Origin: Takakia lepidozioides
Lineage: Eukaryota > Plantae > Bryophyta
Assembly: GCA_030704615.1 (NCBI GenBank)
Contig: CM060731.1
Location: 25,668,001 to 25,732,000, forward strand
DNA: 64,000 nt
Reading direction: 5' to 3'
Position 1 is the first letter of the stretch. Each line of letters starts with the position of its first letter. Below the pieces are notes generated by a model that searched no databases, was not told the origin of the DNA, and was given only the letters and a program-made list of their open reading frames with translations. A program made the translations under genes and the position numbers. Shown in pieces: positions 52,601 to 64,000 of the stretch.

Positions 52601-54136
52601 CATCCTTGTCCACTCATTTGCCATCTGGCCTTAGACTCTTGCTTGTTGAAAGACAACATATGCGTGCTGTGATACATAATATAATATAATATAATATATA
52701 TTATATAGTCATCATCTTTGGAGTTTGAAAGAAAGGTCAACTAGAATTTAAGGGACTTCTCACTCTTGCTTGCACTTCATGGATTATCAGTCTTACACTT
52801 TGTCTGTTTATGTTTTAGGGTGCATTATGATATGATGACTGAGGGGTGAAAAGCTTGGGTGGTGCTTGATGCATCTCTTTCTAGAGCTCCTAAAAGACGA
52901 AGTCAACAACTTCTCAACTGGGGCAAGGGCGGCATCATTTGCTCCCGTATTTGCAACTCACTCGTTTTTTGGGTGGACGGCCTCTCCAAAGATTGGGAGC
53001 TCGTCGATGGATGGTGAGGAGGGAAAATTTAATTGGCCTCATCGTTGTGCTACAGATTCTTAATTCAAGATGCAGCTCAAATTCTAGTTATTGGGCTCCT
53101 ATACTTTTTGTCCGATCATTGGTGTGATGTTTTCTCTTCGGATTCTCTTGTTTCCTCGTTGGTTTTGGTCAATGCCTGCTTTTTGTGCATGTTATGTTCT
53201 TGATTTTCCTTGTTGCTCAATGTCTTTGCGGCTTCCTAATGCCTCGTCCTTCTTTTGCTTCCTCTCTTCTGTCCCTTTCCGCCTGTTTTTGTTTTCTGGT
53301 CTGGCTTTGGAGTGGTTTTGTTCCCATTTCATGCTCTTTCCCTTTCAGTTTTATTGTGATTTCTTGCATTGGACCTTTGGTGACGGCTCCAAGTTCATTA
53401 TGCGCCTTCCGGTGCCATTGTTAATTTTTTTCCACTTTTAAATGCATTTTGCCAGCCTGCTCCGTCCTTTTCTTCCCAAAAAAGAAAAAAAGAAAAAAGA
53501 AAAACGATAGAGCTTATAAAACGTTCCCAGTATCGTTCAATATGAACTTGGGAACAAGATATTATTTTATTTATATTATTCACTTTTCTTTGTTTTTCGG
53601 ATTTGAATTGTACAGGCCGTGGAATGGTCCATGCCGTGAGCATTCCGGAAAGCTGTGTATAGCGGAACGGGCTTTCTCTAGCGCGCGAGCCCGTTCTGTA
53701 CACGCTACCGAATTCTTCGGAGAGAGGGGTCAGTGAAAGGATCGTCTTCTTCCCCCTCGGACATTCAACCATCGCTCTGTCTTTCGACCTAGAATCTGCT
53801 GCGGTTGAAGTGAGTGGCTTCTAGATTGAATGAGGTGATGATTTTGAGGAAAAAGTTGTGATGTGAAAATTTTGGCTCACAGTGAGTGAGGCATCATCTT
53901 CCTGCCAGGCCTCTGCAATCATCTTTCTCTCAATCCTGGAGTGGAACGATGCTGAAGAAACATGAAGAAGATGAGGTGGTGATTTGAATGGAGCGTTCGT
54001 TGATGTGAATATTTTGGTGGACGTGGTGGAGTGCGTTATGGAAAATTTAAGTGTGGTTCTGGCGAGTAAAGAGGCTTAGACCTAAGTTTTGTCTTACTGG
54101 AGGCGGTGCAGTGGCAAGCAAGTCACAGGAGTGACA

Positions 54137-57100
54137 ATGCCGCTGTTCAAGCGGAAGCCATACATGCTGAGGAAACCGCCACGGGATCTGAAGCCTGACG
54201 ATGCAGTCTTTCAAGTGCGGTTCACCAAAGAAGTTTTTAGGGATTATGAGTATCCTTTTCTATTCTTTACTGGATTGCTTGGGAATGTCTTTGAGTGGGT
54301 TGTTGAGTTTGGTACTTGCTTTTGTGCTTCGTTGGATCAAGGCTGAAGCTTGCTAGCAATTCATGACTTATTCAGGAGTTGCGCAAAAGCGTACGCAAAG
54401 GTGATAGATATATGAAAGTTTCTTGGGATGAAGAGTTGAGTACGAGATTGAAGTGGAAGCCAAGCCCGTGAACAAACTTAACTATCTTTCACAGGGATTA
54501 TTTGAGTTGCATGAAGCTTTATCGGCGGAGGGTCTGGACCTGCAAGGTATCAGGGAAGACGAATCTGACATATGAGGAGGCAATTGTGTCAGAACGCAAA
54601 GCCAGTGAGAAAGTGCAACATTTCCCCAAGGAATTTATGGGGCCAGTTTTACAGTTGGTCCAATTCAGTGCGTGACAAGACCTGCCCTTTGCCTTGCACC
54701 ATCTGTGTTACTGCTTCTTCTGGTGGCAACCTATTCTCATTCAAAAGACCTGATGTTTAGAGTTTTGAAAGTGCCACGGAATTCCTTGTCACCAATCACC
54801 CTTCATTGTGCCAACCAACACATTGGTATCTCATTGCAGTTTATTTGCTAGATTCTGAAAGCAGTGCACTGTTATGAAAACCAGTGCCAGTTTCTGCCTT
54901 CGTGAAGAAACAACGAATGTGAGCATCCAGGTACATTGTGCATCATGGTGTATTTCAGCATAATCATAGATTGTGGCTGATCTGGTGCAGGTCCATTACG
55001 TGTTGACGAGCTGGTTGATAGGGTCTACAAAGATTTCAAGGACAGATTTGTGATAGGAGAGGAGGTGACAGCTTCACGGGAAGATTCACCATGTGCTTGT
55101 CGGATATTGAAAGTACTCGAGCAAGAAGAGGATGAGGACACACAGTATGAGGTTGCTTGGTTGGGTGATGATGGTAAAAAGATCAGTACTTCTGTGGAGA
55201 TAGCAGATAAATTGACACGAAAGAAACATCCATTCACTCGGGCATTGTTGAAGGCCTTTATCAGGGAATCAGCTTCCTCAGGGCCCACCAGGAACTCCCC
55301 GTGGTTTGTGCATGATAAGCTGGCTCGCAAGTACAAGATTGCAACGGACGCCCCTGAGAAGTCTGGGTCTGCAGAAAGGGAACCAAACCGGACATCTCCA
55401 AGTGAGAGGGGCAAAAGGGCAAAGGTAAACCATTGTATATATCCTTTGGGCGATTCAGCAATTCATGACATTGGAAGGATGGTAGCATGCATGCTTACTG
55501 CCTCAGAAGACTACACCACACACGATTTTATCTTACAATAGGTTTCCAGCCGAACATGCATCTTGTTTTGTTAGTCAGTTGCTAATTTCGCTTCCATCGG
55601 TGATTGTCAACATGCTACTTGACAGCAGGAGCCTTCTCTGTCTGCCTCCTCCCAATTTCCTATTTCGAGATGCGAGTGTATTGAAAGGAAGAAAGGGAAG
55701 TGAGATATGGCTCCAAAGTTTTGTCAGTCGTTGATGTCGGACGGGTGCCAGACATGGTGAAGTGATAGGAAGATCATTACATGGGAATTGTAAAGGTCAA
55801 TACATGTGATGTGAAGAGAGATGCTGAGTACCTGGGCAGTGCAGTGAACATGTGTTGATGATAGTGAAGAGATGTTGATGAGATTGGAACACTAATTTGA
55901 GAAGAACAAGTGGTCACACTCGTCAAATTTTACTATTATTACTACAAGGCTTACGAATTTAATGTGTTCTGTGATGTAGGTTGATGAGATGGAGAATGGA
56001 GGACATGACCTGAGAAAGCGCAGGAGAAGGGGGGATGAGACATCAAAGAAGGGAGACGAGAAAAGACGGCATGGCAACCAGATGAAAGGTGATTCCAGAA
56101 CTTGCAAATATATGGTCACATGGACAAGAGAAGGAAAAAGAAGAAACTTGTCACATCGCTGGTGGAAGTCATACAGATTCATAGGACCAAAACAAGCTTT
56201 CAGCTGAGGTAGTTGATATGAAAGAGAGCGTGTGGGGGAAATTGAAAATCACCAAGCGACCAAGAAGGGGCTAAGGTTTTGTTGTTTTGTGCTGGATCTG
56301 GTTGTCAGGGGGTAGACTCGGAGGCATATGGCCAGTAAGTAAACAAGTTCTTTAGTAATTGAAGTAGTGTACATTCCATTGCAAAATTGCTGGAGATTAA
56401 TTACACACGTGCTGTTCTGCTACCCAGATTCAGAAGTATAGCCCCATGAAACATCCATAATTGTCTAATCTGTGAGAATCCAGTAAACCCACATTTGTAG
56501 TGTAAGCTCAACAGCCACCATGTAGTGAGTCCTAGGGCTTTTCTGAGGTTTTGGCAGTCAAATGTAGATACATGTTTTCCACAGGAAGTTATTAATGGAA
56601 GCCGATTGGGTCAAATTGCATTACAGAACATAGCATATAAATTCTTTATAGAATGTACTCATGAGATGCTGTTTGCCGTAGCCTAGTGGCAGTAGACCCC
56701 GTGCCCAGTTTGGGCAGAACAGATACTACCTTTGTGAGGGGCCCACTCCAATAGTGGGACTAACTTCTATATAGATTAACAACCATTACCAATTGTTTGG
56801 ATTATGGATGTGGTTGTCTGTCTTGAAGTCAGCAATTCAGCATTCCCGAAATGGAAAATCAGGTGTAGTTAATTAGGTTTCCATACCCTGACAAAAATTG
56901 TGTAATGCTGGCACCCTCACTTGTTTAGTGACCTTCTGCAGACTTTCCGTCACTGACCTTTTCTTGTGAATTCTCTGCAGCCATACTTCCAATGTTGCCG
57001 CCAGTCCGATACCCTATTGATGACCTCCTAGTCAAGTCAACAGCAAATGATCCCCCACTCTCCGACCGGCCTGTGCCTTCCACAGATTTTCTTCTGCCTA

Positions 57101-60100
57101 TGGAGTGCATTGGGAACCTGTTGATGGTTTGGGATTTTTGTTGCTTGTTTGGCAAGGCCCTTCACTTGTCACCATTCACACTTGAGGAGTTTGAAAAGTC
57201 CCTTGATTATAGGGAGGGTGATGCACCAGTGCTGATTGAGGTCACTTACGCACTGCTCCGGGCAGCTTTGACTGACACCATCCTTCGTGATGAATTTTGT
57301 CATAAACGAAAGCGGCGCACTGAAGTAAGTGATTTCATGTTTGATACTATATTTGTTTGCATTTTCCAGAAAGTAATGACCCAAGTAGTCAAAGTGTCCA
57401 TTGGAACTGATAGCAAATTTTTGTATCTGTCAAGCATTCTGCACTCTTTGACTCTAAAGATCAGTATATCTCATGTACAGTCCTACACCCACATTTGTTA
57501 GTCAAATTAAGTGGGCACATCCTTGTCCGATGCTGTGCAGGTGTCCATGGGGAACTGGAAGGATGACCTATGTGACTTTCTAGAACTTCCAAGCCGAAAG
57601 AAATTGACCCCATATGCATCAACAATTCGACAAGGCTTCTATAGAGAAATTGAGGTGTTGGGGAAGTTGCAGATTCTGCACGAGTTGGTAGATTGTAGTC
57701 TTAATTCTAGTACTATTAGAAGCCAGATAGATGAAAATATAGAGGAGCATCAGCTCATTGCTGCTCGCAAGCGGGAGGTTGAGGTGGAAGAGTTGAAAAG
57801 GAGGAAGGAAGAGAGAGAGGGTTCAAAACGGCCGCGCACTGAGCATGCTGACGACCTGGCTGTAGAGACCAGTGCGCAGGGGGGTGGGAGTTTGGAGAAT
57901 GGAGAAGACGCAGGATTGGAAGGTGAATTTATGTCTCCCAGTCAGGGTTGTCTGTCAATTCTCTTTAAGGTCTTCAACTTAATGAGTGCTACAAAGGAAT
58001 GACTTCCACAAATATGGTCCTCCTACAACATAGATCTAGACCTTCATTGAAGCAGGGATATAGCTCAAACTGTCGTGGTTTGGCAGCCTTGTCCTGATTG
58101 ACTTTAGAACTGAGTGGTCGGTCACCTCTCAGTCCTGGATGACAAAGATATCCCTCTTTTCATTGTTTGTGTCTGCCCATTGCTGCCACTATAAATATAA
58201 GGGATGTATGCTGTATCTCTTGGCCAATTACCAGAGTTTATAAAATATAACTTGTGCTCAGAAGATTTATCTTGACACGATATGTGCCAATGTTTCACAA
58301 CTGAAAACGTCATGTACGAAGTTGATTTATTAACTCTGATGAGTAAGTTGTTTGCTAGATATAGAGGATGGTGAAGAAGCTGAGATGAAGGAGGAGAGAA
58401 TGAGCATGGAGGACGGGCATCCGACAGGGTGGACCGTGAAAGGGAAACGAAATTCGATTGGCACCCACTCTCCAACAAACTACAGTAATGGGGTGATAGG
58501 GTAAGAACCTTGCCACTGCCTGGAATCACACATAAAAACTCTACCGGACATCCAAATGTCATCATGTTACATTTTTGAGTTTTAATGAGTTCAGAGTTTA
58601 CTGGGCTGTCACATTGATATACAGTTTTGACTCCGAATTGGCAAAAGTTCTGTGATAAAATTTCAGTGTATGACAGTTGGTGCAAAACGTTAGGGCTTCA
58701 CTTTTACTGGAATTGCTCTCATGTGAGAGCCTTACTTTACAGGAGACATGTTTTAGAACTCTTCAACACCTTTGCAGTGAAGTTTGTGAAGACTCATTCA
58801 GACTTACCCTCAATAGATTGAGTGCTTGATTTGCCTACTGTAAGGAGGAGCTTACTGTACAGGTGACTTTGTGAAAACTGGACACAAATTTTTAGTAATG
58901 CTGATAAACCTTGCTAAGGCCATCCTCCTGTCAGCAATTACTGTGAACTGATGATTGGACATATTAGACTTGCTTACGAGGGTCAAACTTTGGACCAATG
59001 TACCAGTCTGATAAAAAAAATTCATGTTGTCGTGTCAATGGGAATGTCAATTTTTGACTATCTTAAGTGATGTTTGTGTACGTTTTGAAGGCTAGTAACA
59101 TCTATTTTTGCAGGAAAAATGAAAGGCATCATAATGCTTCTGTCAGTAAATCAAGGCAGACGGTATTAAAGGAGAAGGTGGCCTTAAAGTTGGCTGAAGG
59201 AAAGGAAAAGGAGGCCAAACGAGTTGAGGACCTAAGGAAACTGCAGGAGAAGAGGAAAGAGCAAGCTGAGGCCTTAGTAGAGCGCAAGCATCAGGAACAG
59301 AAGGTGGCTGAGAGACAGAGGAAGGTGTGACGTCTCAGTCCTCACCTTATAGGATGTGCTTTTGTAGGTTTTGATTCTTTGTAAGCAATAGATCCCGCAC
59401 CAGGGCATCAGCTGGTTGCTTGGGACAGTCCTTTGCTACCTACTCATTAATCCTCTAAGTGATCCCAGCAGCGTTTGCAATAAGTGCCAGGGATCTCCAG
59501 GTTTCTGGTAGTAACACCCGATATTCAAACCAATGTTTGTCTGGTTTATATTGTCTATCGCCTTGTGGCCTATGAAGGCCATAATCAGAGGTTGTGATAC
59601 TTTCTATATGCCTACACAAATGAAATCCATGTGGTTTTTGGACCAGATCAAAGATTGGTGGAAGTACTAGCTGATCCTCTATTTGAGAGGGTTCCTTTAA
59701 TCCTTGCTAGGGATACCAGCCTCATGAGGTTTTCTCTCACGTAATGAGTAGCTCGGGTGTTTTTAGTAGTGGTGTTATGTTTCTCAAGGGGAACCCATCA
59801 TGCTAGTTGAGTAACAGATTGATACAAGGACTTGAAGAAGGTTGAGAGTTGTTTGACTTCTCAGAAGTATGAAGTGTGCTGCAAAGGCTAGAAAGGATAG
59901 AGAGCTCATATTTTGCAAGCTTTTGTCCACTTCAAGAGCTTCTTGTCCCAGCAGAGACTTGTTCTGTGGTGTGCAGCAAGAACATCTGGAGAGAGAGATG
60001 GAGAAGCATTACATTCGGACAAACCCCCTTGGCAAGGATCGTTTTCACAACCGCTATTGGTTCTTCCTTAGAGATGGCCGGTTGTTTGTGGAGAGCGAGG

Positions 60101-60913
60101 ATTCGGTTCGATGGGGCTACTACAGTGCCAAAGAGGAGGTACTAATTGTTTATGCCAGTTGAGTTTGATCGTCCTCATCACTATCTTGAACTAGAATGTG
60201 TCTGTAGTGTTTTAAAGATAACCTCTAATTAGTAAATCAAGCGCCGACTGAAAAATTTGTATCCCACGAGGAGGGCCTTGGGTCAACAATGAATGCAGTA
60301 AAGGAAGTGGATGCTTGTTGGATGTGTCCCAAGTTCATTGAATTCCATCTCTCTGTATTACCTTTCTACAATTCTTATATAACAAGATTGTGTTTCTGTC
60401 TGGCCATGCAGTTTGACACTTTCTACGGCTCTTTGAATGTCAAAGGGATCAGGGAGAAATCTTTGCAAAAACAGATGGAGAAATTATCTGTGAAAATCAG
60501 GTTGGTTACCCATTGTTTGGTTGTCATCCAAGTACGAGTAGTTGTCTCATTAATTCTTAAGCCAGATAGGGTAAAACTTAATCGAGGATTTTGGCTGTGC
60601 ATGAACTATGGTTATTCGTAATATAGTAACCAAAGGCATTCGGGTTTTCTGGGAGGATGACTGCGAGGCCAAGCATGTGTATAATGCCAATGCATTACTC
60701 TTATGAGTACACTTCTCTCTGCCTCTTGTGGTTTTCCCTCAACAAAATCTGTACTTGTTGTGTGAGCGCAGTAATGCATTGCAGAAGAGATCGAAGGAGC
60801 TGGCACAGCGATTTGCCATGGAAGAGTCTGCAGTCAGACGTTCTGTTCGAGTTCGCACAGCTCCCCGACCTACTGGTTTCCTGGCTTATACTAATCGGCT
60901 GAGAACTGGCTGA
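54137..60913 (+). CDS. DDW1: WAC-DDT-WHIM1-WSD protein (ACF1/Itc1-like ISWI remodeller subunit). Exons: 54137-54249, 54495-54667, 54991-55424, 55980-56088, 56981-57324, 57541-57922, 58359-58500, 59114-59324, 59977-60138, 60412-60500, 60772-60913
   Basis: WAC VFQVRFTKEVF..WTCKVSGKTNLTYEEA; DDT GNLLMVWDF..FGKALHLSPF; WHIM1 KLQILHELV; WSD PLGKDRFHNRYWFF..LNVKGIREKSL; GT-AG junctions, frame checked at several of them. Confidence 0.9.
54250..54494 (+). other. U12-type (minor spliceosome) GT-AG intron
   Basis: Donor GTATCCTTT; branch-like CTTAAC ending ~12 nt before the 3' splice site; no pyrimidine tract; splicing restores DYE-DYL. Confidence 0.88.
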
Positions 60914-63900
60914 GCCAGTCTCGAGTTTCATTATCAAGAGAGAGGGAGAGAGAGTGAGTGAGAAGGGAGATAGATAGAGAGACTCTCGGCATCCTGGCAC
61001 ACTTCCAAGTGCTGCGGTCCTTTGTATCAGGAGTACCACTTTAAATGAGGTGGGCAACCCAGCCAAAAAACCAACATTCAAATTTTGTACAATATAAATT
61101 TCACAAGTTATGTTGCACGTAGATGGCTTGGTAGGCTGCAGTCAAGCAGCGCTGCATGGATATGCATCCGCTCACTATGGTGAACAGTGACTACGGTTGG
61201 CCATTAACCACGGTTAGTTTAGCCAGTGCTGATTGGACTTTCCAAGTGATTCTAGGGTAGCTTGGGGTGCCTTGTTTGGCTTGCCAGTTGCTCTTCTACA
61301 GGGTAGGCTTGATATCATCCAACCTATCAAAGTCCACAGTAGTCACCTTGTAACGCTTGTTTATTCTTTGGGGACGATTGAAACACAGGTTTTGCGAACA
61401 AGACCGCAAGATTACGGTATCCACTTCTGTCTGTCAAATCATGTTTGTTGGACCAAATTCTCTCCTACTTTACATATTTGTGTGCATGTTTTTTAAACTA
61501 GTCCTCTTCCCCTTTTCTTGCTACCGGCCTAGCACGAGTTGAGTACCTCTCTCATTTTCTTTGCAGATGCCTAACTGAGGCCCCAAAGCAGAGAGGGCAA
61601 CAATTCCTCTTTTCTCACTAAGAATACCTGGCCACATGCACCACATCATTGCTAAGATGGAGGGATGATGGTTTGTCTATTAAGAGTTCCAAAACCTCCC
61701 CAAAACGGCGCTTCAGCTCACTACCAAACCTCTGCCAAAACCTGATCGTCTAGTAGCTGAGCCAATATCTGACTCCAAAGCCTCAGCCTGCTTCCAACTT
61801 CGAGCTTGTTTCTAACCTTACTCCCAAACCTGAATCTTCTCCTGAACCTAAGTGCCAGTTCCATGGGCACTCCCATTCACTCAGGGAATCACCCAACTTC
61901 AAAGCCCTCTGGTTGATGAAACCCTGTGGAGCTTTATTTATAATTAACTGACATGAGGCGACTGTACAAAGGATGAAAACTTCCCACAACAAGGGAAGAT
62001 TTGTAAAACTAAGTTAATGAGAAGAAAAAGCTAATCAAGCTGAACGATCAGCCCATCCAACTGCCTGAATCAAATCAGACAACAAGTACGAAAGAAAGTC
62101 GTCGAACTGCTGATGAAGACATCCAAGGATCTCAAGTGGGAAGAACGCATTAGTAGGGGGACGGTTTGTGCAACAATCAAAGCGGCGGTGCCTTAGGAAG
62201 AGGCCAATCGAGAATGTAGATCAGATCGAGTATGGTCGGCAATGACGACGTCCGCAACTGTACACAAGCCATCTCGAGAGAAAATGGTGTTTTTTTTATG
62301 AAATTTGGAAAATAGCACGAGTGCTGTCCATTCTGTTCATCCACTGAAATTAGGATAGAATCATCCACCTCTGTATTTTAATCCATTTAGATCATCAATA
62401 TCTGGCGAATTCATCCAAAATTTATTTTTTATTTGGAGAAGTTTGAAGTTTGAACAGGGAATTTTTGACAGAATATTTCAATTTATTTTTTGAGGTCGAA
62501 ATCTGGCAAAAATTCGCCAATAAAACAAAACGCTGGCGCCGATCGTGGATTGAGGCGTACGAGATGGAAAAACATGAGTTTATTCTTGCAGCATATGAAA
62601 TCTAGCCTCCCGAGCAACAGAAGCGCCGACATCCCATACAATATCATGAGTCACAATACAATCTCCGCATGGACAATGAAGGAGGTGCACGGCAAGTAGG
62701 TCGATAACAGTGTATGTGGGTATATTGTTTTAGACATATCTTTCGGATCCGGGTAAATAGAAAAGTTATTTATCTAACCCTCCAAATAAATATATATTAT
62801 TTAAAACAATTACCTTATTATTATTATTATTATTACATTTACCTTCCGGGGCAGGCTATATTGTGGTTATGAATTTCGAAGGATATAAATGAATAAAAAA
62901 ATCATTATGTATAATTAAATACTGAGGTATGGTTAAATAGATATACCCTTATTGTTTACCCGACGGGTATGTTTAGGATATATGATCGGGTATATTCAGG
63001 GTAGACTCATGACAATGCTTTCAATATTGATCCAAAAAAATCCACGGACAACTTTTGCGAGCTCCATAACTTGGCTTAGATAAATCAATGGACATTCTGA
63101 TATTCAATTTCCTCATTGTTGTCATCTACACAACTATCTGCCAAATTCTGAAGTGCTTCCTCAACCTCGTCTTTCAACTCATTCATGTACACTGAATTCA
63201 TTCATTGTGCTAGCTGAAGTTATACAACCTTGTTGTGGATCATTGGGCCAATTCTTGATCAAAATCACTGATTGATACAGATTCGGAGATCCAAGTTGAC
63301 AACACGGCCAAAGTCCTGTGAGTGCTCTGCGATTGAAAACACTCTCAGTCGAATGCACACAGATAACTGAAGACCTAACACTAAACGTGGTCCTGGATAT
63401 CCTTTAACTGTGCATCCAGCTCTATGCCAAGCTACATCAACCAAAACTCCACAAACATTGCTTCAAACAAATAGGAGCCATTATCAAATAGTTTTTTGTA
63501 TCACACTCCTGTGTACCATAGTATTATTACATGGCTATCAAACATAACTAAACAACAAACACAACAAACCGTAAGTTACGCTTGCTTTGGCAATGCGTCC
63601 ATTTTTTTATTTTTTTATTTTTTGGCTGCATATCTGGTTTCAAATGACGTCCACATACAGATATGGAATTCCTTGCAAAACAGATTTTGAAGGGAAATAC
63701 CTCATCATCTCTCAACTCCTTTATGACCATCTCCTTGAACCACTTCTCTGGAGAGAGTCCTGTAATGTCCCAGGCGTCTTGTGGCCAAATAGCATCTGCT
63801 TCATCACTGACAAAAGACAATGAAGCCAAGAGCAATCAGTGTTCTCTAATGCTCTCGCACCCTTGTCCTGAAAAACATCAGATCCTTGACTAGTGGATGG

Positions 63901-64000
63901 AGAGTACTTCACTCGCTTCAGAACCCTCTCTACAAGTTGGTCGACAACTGAATCTAGCTGTGCATCCAAACAACAAATCTTGAGGAGTAATGTTCAGATA

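Noticed and set aside
62700-63005. MITE with CGGGTA/TACCCG motifs
   Set aside because: No clear TIR pair or TSD.

Overview
Eukaryotic, transposon-dense DNA, most likely from a seed-free land plant (inferred from the intron-rich gene and TE types; not proven). All domain calls are by-eye motif matches; no searches were run. Left to right: (1) A complete 13-kb Ty3/Gypsy LTR element (1939-14934, GTCCC TSD, env-like extra ORF) sits inside a spliced minus-strand gene (about 19515 to 1344). That gene encodes a ParB/Srx-like domain fused to a beta-class N4C/N6A methyltransferase-like domain. Its introns carry 24-bp palindromes, and it lies head-to-head with a Mutator-type GCM-like/DDE/SWIM transposase (20371-23859). 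(2) A TIR-bounded unit (25712-45406) holds a P-element-like transposase and an array of OSB PDF-motif fragments. Nested in it are LINE pieces and a second Gypsy element (32308-42332). That element encodes a C5 cytosine methyltransferase inside pol and a PHD finger after integrase, and has split and inverted terminal repeats instead of normal LTRs. (3) A complete PIF/Harbinger element (48366-50844) and small TE relics. (4) An intact 11-exon WAC-DDT-WHIM ISWI-partner gene (54137-60913) with a U12 intron. Many TE ORFs are broken by 1-bp indels, some possibly assembly errors.
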